DNA from: the human T2T-CHM13v2.0 reference genome, Homo sapiens | DNA length: 64,000 bases | Direction: 5' to 3' (one strand) | Assembly: GCF_009914755.1 (NCBI RefSeq) | Contig: NC_060925.1 | Shown: positions 21,970 to 39,981 of the stretch, in pieces | Numbering within the stretch: the first letter of the stretch is position 1 | How the letters are laid out: each line of letters begins with the position of its first letter | Translations under genes and position numbers: made by a program | The notes under the pieces: generated by a model | Database searches by the model: none | Told to the model about the DNA's origin: nothing | Seen by the model: only the letters and a program-made list of their open reading frames with translations

Positions 21970-24737
21970 CTATGTTTCCCTGAACTAATGTTCAGAATCT
22001 TTGAGAACAGGTCCTTTGATAAAGCCTCACAACAATAACCAAGCAAATCTGAGTAGCAGGGACCTTCATTTTAGAAACTCTATTAAGTATCAGGTTATGC
22101 AATGTACTAAGCATCACTCCAGGAAATAGATTACAATATAATAGACAGCTATGAAGGCCTGAAGACAAAGCATGCACCTGCTTGCTTAAGAGAGTGAATC
22201 ATGTAACAATAACACACGGTCATGCTCTTAGTTCAATGCTGTACAAAGAGTAATCAGACAGAGTCCCTTCCTTCATAGAGCTCTAAATCTAGTGTGGAGA
22301 TACCCATAACAACATAGGCCTACAACAGAAATAACAAGGGACGTGATGGGGGAGGGTAGAAGCACAAAAGAGGTACACCTAACCCAGTCTTGGGAGGTTT
22401 TTTTTTTTTTTTTTTTTTTGAGACGGAGTTTCGCTCTTGTTGCCCAGGCTGGAGTGCAACGGCGTGTGCCTGTAATCTCAGCTACTTAGGAAGCTGAGGC
22501 AGGAGAATTGCTTGAACCCAGGGGGCGGAGGTTGCAGTGAGCCGAGATCGTGCCACTATACTCCAGTCTGGGCGACAGAGCCAGATTCTGTCTCAATCAA
22601 TCAATTTTTCAAAAGAGATGGGGTCTCACCATCTTGCCCAGGCTTGTCTTGAACACCTGAGCTCAAGTGATCCTCCTGCCTTGGCCTCCTAAAGTACTGG
22701 GATTACAGACATGAGCCACCATGCCCAACTTTTTTTCTTTTCTTTTTTTTTTTGAGACAAGGTCTCACTCTGTCATCCACGCTGGAGTGGCATGATCACT
22801 GCTCACTGCAGCCTCAACCTCCCGGGCTCAAGCAATCCTCCTGCCTCAGCTTCCTGAGTAGCTGGGATCACATCTGTCTAATTTTTCTAATTTTTTCTAA
22901 AGACAGGGTCTCACTAGATTGCCCAGGCTCAAGCTGAATTCTGAAACATGAATATAACATAGGCAGCAAAGGGGAGTAGTCAAGTCTGGGAAAATGAAAG
23001 TATGGGAACAGATATCTATCTCTAAGAGGCAATTATGATAAATAGGATTGATGAATGGTGACAAAGCTTATTTCCTAATCCCCTACAAAGGGTGCTAGGA
23101 ACATAGATATACCCTGGGAATAGTATGCAGGTCCTGAATGTATGTGAAAAGACCTAATGTACTCAATGATAAACATCTATGGGTAAGGGTGGGTTTTAAG
23201 GATAGCTCTTGCTATACATCTTTCTGAGATCAGTCTTCTGGTCTGTAACATAACATATTTTGACGGGATTTTTGTGAGTATGGAACTTTTCATGGAGTCA
23301 GTGTTGTATAGAAATGCACATTTTAAAGTCATACATGCTGAATTTGAATTTGACTTTGTCATCTATTGCGTTGTGGGGTTTTTTTGTTGTTGATTTTTTT
23401 TTTTTGAGACGGAGTTCCACTCTTGTTGCCCACGCTGAAGTGTCATGGCGCGATCTTGGCTCACCGCAACCTCCATCTCCCAGGTTCAGGCGATTCTCCT
23501 GCCTTAGCCTCCTGAGTCGCTGGGATTACAGGCGCCCGCCACCACACCCGGCTAATTTTGTATTTTTAGTAGAGACAGGGTTTCTCCAAGTTGGTCAGGC
23601 TGGTCTCAAACTCCCGACCTCAGGTGATCCACCTGCCTCAGCCTCCCAAAGTGCTGGGATTACAGGCGTGTGGTGAGCCACCGCGCCTGGCATTGCCTTG
23701 TGGTCCTGGCTCTATGTAAAACGATAGTACTAACTTCACAGCATTATGAGAATTTCATAGGCAAGGCAAGGCTGATATTTAACTAATACCCAACTGGAAA
23801 GGCTGTATTGGTGATTAAAATATTGAAACACGCGGGGCGCGGCGGCTCACGTCTGAAATCCTAGCACTTTAGGAGGCTGAGCTGGGTGGATCACTTGAGC
23901 CCAGGAGTTTGAGACCAGCCTGGGTAACATGGCAAAATCCTGTCTCTACAAAGAATAGAAAAATAAGCGAGGCATGGTGGTGCATACCTGTAGTCCCAGC
24001 TACTCAGGAGGTCGAGGCTAAAGTGAGCTGTGATGCGCCACTACACTCTAGCCTGGGCAGCAGAGTTAGACCTCGTTTCAAAAATAAAGAAACAACAAAA
24101 ATATTGAAACATTTACATATGAGTTGGCATATGGCTACTTCCCTAAGCACTTCCAGTGTCCTCCAACTCTCCCCTGGGACACACTGGACCTCCCCACAAT
24201 CTAGCAATTAGAAGATATCTGAGGCCAGGTGCGATGGCTCACACCTGTAATCCCAGCACTTTGTGAGGCCGAGGAGGGCAGATCACCTGAGGTCAGGAGT
24301 TCAAGACCAGCCTGACCAACATGGCAAAACCCTGTCTCTACTAAAAATGCAAAGTCAGCCGGGCGTGGTGGCGCATGCCTGTAATCCCAGCTACTCAGGA
24401 GGCTGAGGCAGGAGAATTGCTTGAACCCAGGAGGTGGAGGTTGCAGTGAGCCGAGATTGCACATTATACTCTAGCCTGGGCAACAAGAGTGAAAGTATGT
24501 CTCAAACAAACAAACAAACAAAAAGACAGCACAGAAATCTTTACAGGTATTCTGATAGATTTATTTTAAAAGTTGGAATATTATCCAAAAAATGCCTGGC
24601 ACATAGTAGACATTTTTTTTTTTTTTTTTGAGACGGAGTCTCGCTCTGTCACCCAGGCTGGAGTGCAATGGTGTGATCTCGGCTCACTGCAACTCCGCCT
24701 CCCAGGTTCAAGTGATTCTCCTGCCTCAGCCTCCTGA

Positions 24738-24959
<222 letters not shown>

Positions 24960-25483
24960 TAGTTAGGAAATGCCCCTTTACTGGGTGACATCCACTTATT
25001 CTATATATATTTATTGGGACATACTATTATTGCATATCTGGTGGCTTACCCCTAGGTGTAATTCAATGCTTCTCTGCCACCTCCAAGGAGCACTAATATA
25101 TGGCTAAGACAAAATGGATTCCTTGGAGACAAATTAGGATCAAGATGCTAAGTGGTAGACCTTTCACTGTGGACAAGCAATAGGATTGAATTTTCAAGCA
25201 TCAGTGTAGTATTGTGTCTTTTATTAATTCCATGTACTCGGCTTGGCTCCATGTGACTGCCAGTGTGATCAAATAGGCCCAAAGCTACTTGGAGATCCTA
25301 ACTTCCTTGGCTTATTTCTCTTTTTGAGTGTTCCTGTTGATCTGGTCTAGCTTGCCAGGGAGGAGTCTAAGAGAGGGAAGGTCATCTAGGCCTCCCTTGA
25401 TTATACAAGAGAGTTTTCTCTAAGCTCTATAAGATCCATCTCAGCTTACTAAATCTAAGGTTCCACAGAGGGCTTTTGGACCC

Positions 25484-26693
<1,210 letters not shown>

Positions 26694-27278
26694 TCAAAGG
26701 GCCAACTAGTCATAAAGTGTTTTTTTGCCTCACCTTGTCATTCCTGGAAATGACTCCCTGGAAAACCCTTCGCAGAGATGGGTGTCTGGGTTTCAGTTTT
26801 TAGAAATCTTTCCACATTAATATTTTCCTTAGTTGCCTAACATAACTGGCAGAAGGAGACAGGCAAGGAACAGGACATTAAGTACTCAACCAACTGTGGT
26901 CATAATTATCCAGAAAGTTTTTTTCTCTGTGAAAAAAAAATCACCACATATTGCTTTAAGTAGGTTTACTAGGAAGTTTCAGACCCAAACCCCTGTGTGG
27001 AATCCTTAGTTCTGGTGTTCTATCATGGAAACAACAAAGACTGTCTTTTTGTCTCTAGCCCAAGGCCTTCACTAAAAGTATGCCAATAGCTTCCTAGCCC
27101 TTTTTCTCACAGACACCATATCCTTAAGATCTTTTAACTCTAATTGTGTGAAGAAAGGAAAAGAAGACACATTTGTTTTGATATGGCCTTTTTCATACTC
27201 CTGCTACCCATTCCCAATATGACCAATTGTCCTTGTTCTTGGCTGCCCATGTCCTAGCTCCTCCTCCCCAGAAGCTGA

Positions 27279-27556
<278 letters not shown>

Positions 27557-27936
27557 TGAGCCGCTGCGCCCGGCCGTGTTTTTTTATGTGAAAATTCACA
27601 TATCTAAACGTGGGTCCCTGTTTTTGTATAGCCTTCAAGCTCAAAATAATGTTCACATTTTAAAATGGATTTTAAAAATAAAAATAAATAATATTTTGGG
27701 ACACATGCAAATTATATAAATTCAAATTTCAGTATCCATAGAAAAATGTTTTGTTTTTGTTTTGAGACAGGGTCTGGCTCTGTTGCCCAGGTTAGAATGT
27801 AGTAGCACGATCTTGGCTCACTGGAGTTTGCACCTCCTAGGCTCAAGGGCTGCTCCCACCTCAGCCTCCACCTCCTGGGCTCAAGGGATCCTCCCACCTC
27901 AGCCTCCCATCTCAGCCTTCCGAGCATCTGGGACTA

Positions 27937-28309
<373 letters not shown>

Positions 28310-28600
28310 CTATGGTGGGAAGGAAAAGGTAGAAGTTGTGGAGAGGAAAGAGGTAGAAATTAAAGGGAGAATGGAAAAGAAGGGCAAACAAAGGCAAGTA
28401 GGTGAGGAGAAGGACAGGAAAAGAGACAGGGAGAAGGGAGGGACTTATAAATGGGAAAAGAAGGGTAGGAAGGATGGGAATAAGTAAAAACAACAACAAC
28501 AAAAAGAAAGCAAGGAGAGAGAGTAGAGATGGGGAAGAGCCAGAAAATGCTGAGTGAGCTAAGAAAGGACCACCAAAAGAAAAAGGAGAATGGGGGTGGT
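28310..28600 (+). repeat. GA-rich low-complexity tract
   Basis: Mostly purine runs (ggaaggaaaaggtagaag...). Confidence 0.8.
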
Positions 28601-30059
28601 CAGACAGAGGGCTATACCACTATCTTCCTCTCCTGTTTGCTTTCGTTTACTAACGTCCTGGTCACTCTGCCCTAAACAGCTTAGTTCCTTTCCCATAGTC
28701 TTTGTTCACTCCAGCACTATCTGACTTGAACTTGTACCTGTACGACAAATCTAACACCCTGGACTCTTAGTTCTAAAAACAGGACATGCATTCTGCCTCA
28801 GTCTTCCATTCCCATGGTCTCACCCTGGACCTTGGCATCATCAGAAACTCAGAAGCTGGGACATTTCAATTCCAAATATCCCACTCAGACCAGCAGCATC
28901 CATACTGCCAGAGCACTTGCTCATATACCCCACTGCAATCTTTCTTGGGCCAATGCTCTAAGACATTGGTCCCTTTCCCCACCACCCTCCAACCCCTCCA
29001 CTACCAGGCTTCATGTGCCATTATTTGCTTTCCTGTATGGTTTTGATTCTACACACAGCATCATGAACATTCTCTTCCAAACACTCTCATCACTTGGCCC
29101 CCTCTCTCTGTTGTACTTGCCAGGCAAAATCCCAACCCTCAGTAAATGCAACAAGCTGCCTTCTCTGCCTGTGCCTGAATGGCCAAACATCTTCAATTAT
29201 TTTGAATCCGTTACCTCAAATATCAAATGAGCTCTTAACGTTGGCCAGAAGGCCTTTTAAAGGCCTGTATGCACCAAGGCTCAGTTCTTGAACGTCTCCT
29301 TTTCTTCTCCCTTAAGATTCTTCCCTAATGAAGGGGGCAGGCGAACGGAGTTAAAGGGCTTCCATTGCTGTTAGAATACAGCCCAAATTCCTTTCCATAA
29401 TCAAAAGTCCTGATCTGCCACCGACCTCACTTTCTCAACTTTTCACCTTCCATTCTCCCCTCATTTGACTCAGCCCTGGTCTCACTGTCACTGGCCTTTT
29501 TTCCTTTTTTTTTTTTGAAGCAGTCTCATTGTCACCTAGGCAGGAGTGCAGTGGTGCTATTACGGCTCCTAGGCTCAAGTGAACATCCCAGTAGCTGGGA
29601 TCACAGGCACGGGTCACGGTGCCCGGCTTTTAAATTTTTGGTCGAGACGGGGTCTCGTCATGTTGTCCAGGCTGGTCTCGAACTCCTGGGCTCAAGCCAT
29701 CCTCCTGCCTCAGCCTCCCAAAATGCTGGGATTACAGGCGTGAGCCACCGCGCCCAGCCAGGCCTTCCTTCAATTGCTTTAACATGCCAAACCAACTTAG
29801 ATTTTTTGCACATGCTTTTCTCTGTGGGACACTCTATCCTGGTGTTTGCCTGGTTTCGCTCTTTTCTATCCTTTTGTCTTGGCTTGAATGTCACCTCTTC
29901 TGAAGCCTTCTCTGGCGACCCTGGCCATCTTATGTCCTACTTGTTATTTCTTCAAAATCGTACTGCCTTTTGTATGTACTGGTGTTTACTCATTCACACT
30001 GGCTACCTCCCCATACCTCACTGGCTGGAATGGAAACTCATTGCGAGCAGAGACAATAG

Positions 30060-31270
30060 GTTTTGCTCTCCCGCGGATCACGTCCCAGCCTCCAGCTCAG
30101 CACCAGACACTTGAGGGCGCAGGATAAAATATCTGCAGTCAGAAAGCACTAATAACCACCCAAGGGTTGGAGGAAAGCTGGCGCGGACCGCACGAGTGTC
30201 GCCGAGACGCCGCCGCCGTGCGAAGCTCCTCCCCTTCCGACAGGGCCGCGGACGCCCGGGCAGCCACGGCGGCGGGGCCGCGGCGGGCGCCGGCTCAGCC
30301 CGCCCCTTTCTCCCGCCGCCTCCCCGCCCCGCCCCGCGCCGCGCCGGCCGCTGTCAGCTCCCTCAGCGTCCGGCCGAGGCGCGGTGTATGCTGAGCCGCT
30401 GCCGCAGCGGGCTGCTCCACGTCCTGGGCCTTAGCTTCCTGCTGCAGACCCGCCGGCCGATTCTCCTCTGCTCTCCACGTCTCATGAAGCCGCTGGTCGT
30501 GTTCGTCCTCGGCGGCCCCGGCGCCGGCAAGGGGACCCAGTGCGCCCGCATCGTCGAGGTGAGGCCCGGGCAGCAGGCGGGCTCCTTGGGGCTTGACGGG
30601 ATGCGGGCCGGCCTGTCCCGCCGCCCCTAGTCCGCGCCCCGCGGAGTCGCCGAGCCGCAGACTACGAGTCCCGGCGGCCACCGCGCCGCCCGCGTGGCAG
30701 TGGCCGAGGGCCGCCGGCGCGCGGCGTGCCGGGACTTGTAGTCCGCGCCCGCCCGCCTTGGGGGCCACCGCTTGAGGTCGCTTTGTTCCTGCGCCCCTTC
30801 TTTTCTTACATTTTGGGGACCAGATTCGTCTCTAGAGTGGGCTGGGAGAGGGATCCCGGAGGCCAACCTTTGGGGGTCCCCCAGCGCGCAGAGGTTAGCG
30901 TGTCGCTGATCGTGTGGCAGGTGAAGGCAGCAGGAGCGCGGATTTGGGTTAGAGGCCGTGTGCGCCCACAGTTGTCTGAAGGAGAGACCTATTTTTCTTC
31001 TCCGCGCCTTCCCTCTGGTTCCCTAAACTCCGCACTGTCACCGAACGTGTCTTTACTCTAGAAAGGAGGCCCGTGGGGCGGGGTGTTATTTTAGGCGTGC
31101 TGTGGGCTGCCGCTGGCACTCTCGAGCCCCGTCCCCGCAAGCTTTAGGGCGGAGCCAGCCCTGAGGCTCGGCCCGGGTCGGGGATGGGGAAAGCCGGGAG
31201 TGCTGTTCTGAGATCAAGCTTCAACCTTTGGCCCTGCTGCCAACTCACGCTCGGCCCTCGGTCACTTCCT
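30060..31270. promoter_or_regulatory. CMPK1 CpG island and promoter
   Basis: Very high GC and CpG content; tandem GC boxes 30322-30336; paired ZNF143/THAP11-type ACTAC motifs at 30660-30675 and 30728-30743. Confidence 0.92.
30388..30558 (+). CDS. CMPK1: CMPK1 exon 1, coding (UMP-CMP kinase); second in-frame ATG at 30484
   Basis: MLSRCRSG...PRL-MKPLVVFVLGGPGAGKGTQCARIVE, containing the adenylate-kinase-family P-loop GGPGAGKGT; donor GAG|GTGAGG at 30559; 171 nt, phase 0. Confidence 0.97.
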
Positions 31271-31785
31271 GTCTCCCAGCCTCAGTTAGCCCTTGTAATA
31301 CAGTAAAAAGAGTCTCTGAACCCAGATTTTCTCAGGATATAAAACACCTCCCAAATGTAAAATGCTGTTACTTTTTTTTCTTTTGCTTTGAGACAGGTTA
31401 CCAGTTCAATTCTTTTAACAATTTTTGAGCTAGATGTATGGTTGGTTAGCTGCATTGACACTGTGGGAAAAAAAGGCTTCATGGACAATCTGGGGAATGC
31501 TTGGGAAAGAAGGAAAACAGGATATCTAGAAACAGAAGAGGCGACCATTGGTGGCCTCTAGTGAAATCACTCTGAAACCCTGTAACCAACAAAAGTTTTT
31601 TTGACCTAGAACTTATAATTTCCTCCTCTTCTAGGATATGGCCAATATTAGCATGGGGCTTTTGCTTCTCTCCTTATATGTTCATAACAATCAACTCCTG
31701 TCCTGTATTTTATTCCCTAAATAGCATCCAGAGAAAGTTAGATGAGTTCAACAAGTCATTATGTGTTGGACAGATGTATTTATAA

Positions 31786-31890
<105 letters not shown>

Positions 31891-31892
31891 TA

Positions 31893-32099
<207 letters not shown>

Positions 32100-32229
32100 T
32101 CATTTTAGGTGTCAAAGTGGAACTAGTCCAACTAAAAAAATACATAACATTTACATCCTCTTAAAAAAATTTTTTTTTGTTGGTTCTCTTTCTTTTGTTG
32201 TTTTTTTGTTTTTGTTTTTGTTTTTGTGA

Positions 32230-32331
<102 letters not shown>

Positions 32332-32891
32332 TAGCTGGGATTACAGGCGTGCGCCACCACGCCTGGCTAATTTTTGTATTTTTGGTAGAGACAGGGTTTC
32401 ACCATGTTGGCCAGGCTGATCTCGAACTCTTGACCTCGTGATCTGCCCGCCTCAGCCTCCCAAAGTGCTGGGATTATAGGCATGAGCCACCGTGCCTGGC
32501 CTTGTCACTTGTCTTTTAAAAAGTAAAGAGACTGGCTGCTGCACTCCAGCCTGGGCGACAGAGCGAGACTCCGTCTCAGAAATAAATAAATAAATAAATA
32601 AATGGCAAGTGAAAAGTGGGAGTGATTTCAAATTTTTGTTTAATATATGTGATCTTTCTTAAATAGCATGATGGGGGAAGGGGCAAAGACTTTAGAGTCA
32701 AAGAGATATAGGTTCAAACCCTGACTCTGCCATTTACTGTTTCTCTAGGCCCAGAGATGTTGTTGCCTTTAGTTCCCTGTGAAAAGGGAAAACATAGAAA
32801 TGGCTGTTTTGTATGGTATTTGTGAATATTAAATGAGGTAAAATATCTGGCACACAGAGACAGATGCAGATAGTTTTTTTCTCCACTTTAA

Positions 32892-33335
<444 letters not shown>

Positions 33336-33506
33336 TAAATACAGTATGCTGTTTCTGAATCATAATATGCCTTTAAAATATCTGTACCTAAATTAATAAT
33401 ACCCATACTACTACACTGGTTAAAAAATAATCTACACATTCAGGGCTGGGCGCAGTAGCTCACGCCTGTAATCCCAGCAGTTTGGGAGGCCCAGGCGGGT
33501 GGATCA

Positions 33507-33833
<327 letters not shown>

Positions 33834-34931
33834 TTATCAGTTACAAGATTCCATGATGAGATATGTTCTGTAATGTATTATATTATTAAGATTTCAACAA
33901 TTATTTGACCTTAAACTGTTATCTTCTTTAATGAAAAGTCTTCTCTTGAGTCTAGTTGCCATAAACTTTATTAAGCTGTCAATCAACTAATTCCAAATAG
34001 TTTATAATTTAGCAATTGCTATTCCCTAGCTGGCTAGACAGACACTGGAATATCTATTTTTTTTTTTTTTTGAGACGAAGTGTCACGCTGTCGGCCAGGC
34101 TGGTGTGCAGTGGGGCAATCTTGGCTCGCTGCAGCCTCCATCTTCTGGATTCAAGCGATTCTCTGCCTCAGCCTCCCGAGTAGCTTGGACTACAGGTGCG
34201 CGCCACCATGCCCGGCTAATTTTTGTATTTTTAGTAGAGACGGGGTTTCACTATGTTGGCCAGGCTGGTCTCGAACTCCTGACCTCGTGATCCACCCACC
34301 TTGGCCTCCCAAAGTGCTGGGATTACAGGTGTGAGCCACTGTGCCCGGCCTGGAATATCTATTGTTAGTGAAGTCAGCGGTATGTTGTTTTTTTCCTTTG
34401 TGAATCTCTTTATTTTGACTCAATATTTTTTTATACAGGCAATTATAAACTAAATTCCAAAATAATGTAAGTTTTGGAGGTTTTTTTCCTGTAGGAAAAA
34501 AATTACGTAAATCCACGGTAAATTCTCCAATTAATCTGGCTGAAGCTAATGCAGCTCACAGGGCACCTGAAATTGTTACTTTAGTATGTTGATTTCCAAC
34601 TCAGGCTGCCAGAAGTACATATTTGAGTCCTAGCTACAGAATCTTCAGTTGACAGGAAGAGAAGAAAAAGAGAAAACCAAAAACCCTTAGGGATATCTTG
34701 CTCTCTAAGGCACTGAAATTAGTGAAGTGGGTATTGTTAGAGGGAAGCTGGTATTTTTTCTCTGGAGGTGAATTCTGCTCTGCAAATTGCTCCTGGAGAC
34801 CTAGAGAAGGTAAAGGCAAATCTGATACAGTGTCTTCTGAGAGTGTTCTGTACTGGGAAGGAAAGATTGGAGGGAGGTTTTGGGATTGATTTTGCACATT
34901 TATTTGTACTGATGTTTTTCAGTTTTGTTTG

Positions 34932-35089
34932 CTTTTCTCCTTCCTTCCTTCCTTCCCTCCCTCCCTCCCTCTCTCCTTCCCTCCCTCCCTCTCTCCTTCC
35001 CTCCCTCCCTCTCTCCTTCCCTCCCTCCCTCTCTCCTTCCCTCCCTCCCTCCTTCCTGTTCTTTCTTTTTCTTCTTTTCTTTTTTTTTT
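34932..35089 (+). repeat. Polypyrimidine minisatellite with four perfect copies of CTCCCTCCCTCTCTCCTTCC (34961-35040)
   Basis: Read directly; pyrimidine-only from 34932 to 35057. Confidence 0.95.
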
Positions 35090-35431
35090 ACCAAATACCC
35101 AGACTTGGAGAATTTGTTTTATTTTCTAATTGTTTGTAAATCTGTATCCTCTAATACTGAATTTGTTTTTGAAAATGAGCTATTTTCTAAATCAGTGTGA
35201 TACTTAGAGTTAAGTTTCCAGAATGGAATTATTGTGCAATAATTTAGTTATAAAATCATGATGGGAATACTGTGTCATTCTTGAATTTTTAAAATTAAGC
35301 TTTATTTATATTTGTTGTTTTGGCCCAAATGAAATTATGTCAATGTAACCTAAATTTATATTTGAAAATAACCACCATTTTACATGCATTAGTTGGAAGA
35401 AATATTTAAACCTCTCTTTTAAAGATTGTGA

Positions 35432-35728
<297 letters not shown>

Positions 35729-36064
35729 TAAAGTACTGAGATTACAGGCATGAGCCTTTGCGCCTGGCCTCACCCAAGAAGCATTTTATCATCTGTGTCA
35801 ACTTCCTCCAGGGCCTGTGTGGGTAACTCTTACTTTGCCTGGCCATCCTACTTACTGCACTTAGAAAAAGTTTTGGATGATAATTGACTTTAAGCATATA
35901 TAAATCAGAAACTTGATTTCATTTATCTTTGTGTCCCCAGTGTTGAACATTGTGCCTGACACATAGTAACTGCTTATTAAGCACTTATTGAATTATAAGT
36001 TGAATACGTTGGATTCATAGAGTTTATTGTTTGTCCTGAAGATGTAAAATTTTTAAAAATTCGA

Positions 36065-36078
36065 TCCCCAGAGGGCGC
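36065..36078 (+). promoter_or_regulatory. Candidate CTCF site
   Basis: TCCCCAGAGGGCGC, 12/14 match to the core CCASYAGRKGGCRS; retains CpG in an AT-rich context. Confidence 0.55.
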
Positions 36079-36567
36079 TCCAGTGGCAGTTGGCTCTCCC
36101 ATTTTAAGGACCAGAAGTGTTTGAATGTCTTCCTCTGATTTCTTTTTCTTTCTTCCTTTCCTTTTTTTTTTTTTTTTTTTTTTTTTAAGACAGAGCCTTA
36201 CTCTGTCGCCCAGACGGGAGTGCAGTGGCATGATCTCGGCTCACCGCAGCCTCCGCTTCCCGGGTTCAAGCGATTCTCCTCCCTCAGCCTCCTGAGTAGC
36301 TGCAATTACAGGCACCCACCACAACGCGTGGCTAATTTTTGTATTTTTAGTAGAGATGGGGTTTCACCATAATGGCCAGGCTGGTCTCAAACTCCTGACT
36401 TCAGGTGATCCGCCTGCCTCAGCCTCCCAAAGTGCTGGAATTACAAGCGTGAGCCACCGCATCCGGCTGCCCTCTTCCCTCCCCTCCCCTTCCCTTCCCT
36501 CCCCTCCCCTCCCCTCCCCTCCCCTTTCCCTTTCTTTCCTATTTATTTATTTATTTATTTGAGATGA

Positions 36568-36729
<162 letters not shown>

Positions 36730-37134
36730 TAGAAATGGGGTCTCCCCAGAGCAAGACTCCGTCTCAAAAAAAAAAAAAAGAGAAATGGGGTCTCCCTATG
36801 TTGCACAGGCTAGTCTCAAACTCCTGGATTCAAACGATCCTCCCACCTCAGTCTCCAAAGTGCTGGGATTGCATCGTAAGCCAGCGTACCCAGCCTGTCT
36901 TCCTCAGATTTCTCATGTAACACTTTTGTTTACTCTCAATGAATGAATCAATGATATGGTTGTGAAAATCTGCTGAGCAGATTTCCAAGCTCCTCATTAC
37001 AAATTCTCAAACAGAGCAGCATTCAGAAGAAACTAGATAGGAAAATCCACTGGATATTAAGGTCCAGTGTTTAAGAATATGCTTCTTTCCTTCTGGTGGA
37101 ATAATAATTTTTTTTTTTTCGAGGCAGAGTTTGA

Positions 37135-37446
<312 letters not shown>

Positions 37447-38045
37447 TGACTCTTCAGAAGCACCACTGTTTGATTAAGGGTGCTTATGACATGGGATTTT
37501 TGTTAAGAACTTGGAGGAGGGGAGATCTTCAGATTATTTACTGCCCTTAATTTTGAAAACTTTCATTTTTTGCCTTTCCATTTTAAGTTATAAGAGTAAC
37601 ACATGCCCATAGGGAAAATGTTACATCTTTTCTAATCCTGAGATCACCAGTAGTAACTGCTTGTTATGAACTGCTTTCCCATCTCTTTCTCAATGTTCTT
37701 GTGAACAAAAATGCAAATATTTATATTTTTTACCTTCAAGTGAGATTAGTGTATTTTTTGCTGACTGTATCATAGATATCCTTTCAGTTCTTTACCTATA
37801 GATTTAATTCATTTGTGTTTTTTTGTTTGTTTGTTTGTTTTGAGACAGAGACTCACTCAGTCTGTCACCCCCAGGCTAGAGAACCTTGGCACTCTCTTGT
37901 CTCACTGCAGCCTCTGCCTTCCAGGTTCAAGAGATTCTCCTGCCTCAGCCTCCCAAGTAGCTGAGATTACAGGTGTGTGCTACCACGCCTGGCTAATTTT
38001 TGTGTTTTTAGCAGAGACAGTGTTTCATTAGGTATTTCTTTATAG

Positions 38046-38255
<210 letters not shown>

Positions 38256-38365
38256 TAGTATTTTTAGTAGAGACAGTTTCACCGTGTTAGCCAGGATGGT
38301 CTCGCTCTCCTGACCTCATGATCCACCCACCTCAGTCTCCCAAAGTGCTGGGATTACAGGTGTGA

Positions 38366-38819
<454 letters not shown>

Positions 38820-38980
38820 TAATTATTTTTTGTAAAGACAAGGTCTCACTGTGTTGCCCAGGCTGGTACTCACTCGACTGCTTCAAATGCTAATCTCTTC
38901 CGGAAATACCCTCACAGATGATAATGTTTACCAGCTATCTGGGTATCCCTTAATCCAGTCAAGTTGACACCAAAAATTAA

Positions 38981-39388
<408 letters not shown>

Positions 39389-39425
39389 TAAGCCACTGCG
39401 CCCGGCAATTCTTTTTTTAAAGTGA

Positions 39426-39758
<333 letters not shown>

Positions 39759-39837
39759 TAAAAAATATTTTCCTGGCCGGGCGCAGTGGCTCACACCTGT
39801 AATCCCAGCATTTTGGGAGGCCAAGGCGGGTGGATCA

Positions 39838-39981
<144 letters not shown>

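Noticed and set aside
30196-30387. Open frame extending 64 codons upstream of the CMPK1 ATG from a GTG
   Set aside because: GC-rich islands lack stops by composition; the GTG probably lies upstream of the transcription start, and I saw no good in-frame near-cognate start
34961-35040. Regular 20-bp repeats considered as a CRISPR-like array
   Set aside because: No spacers, low complexity, eukaryotic intron
34768-35200. Pro/Ser/Leu-rich and Glu/Gly/Arg-rich repetitive ORFs
   Set aside because: Translations of the CT minisatellite
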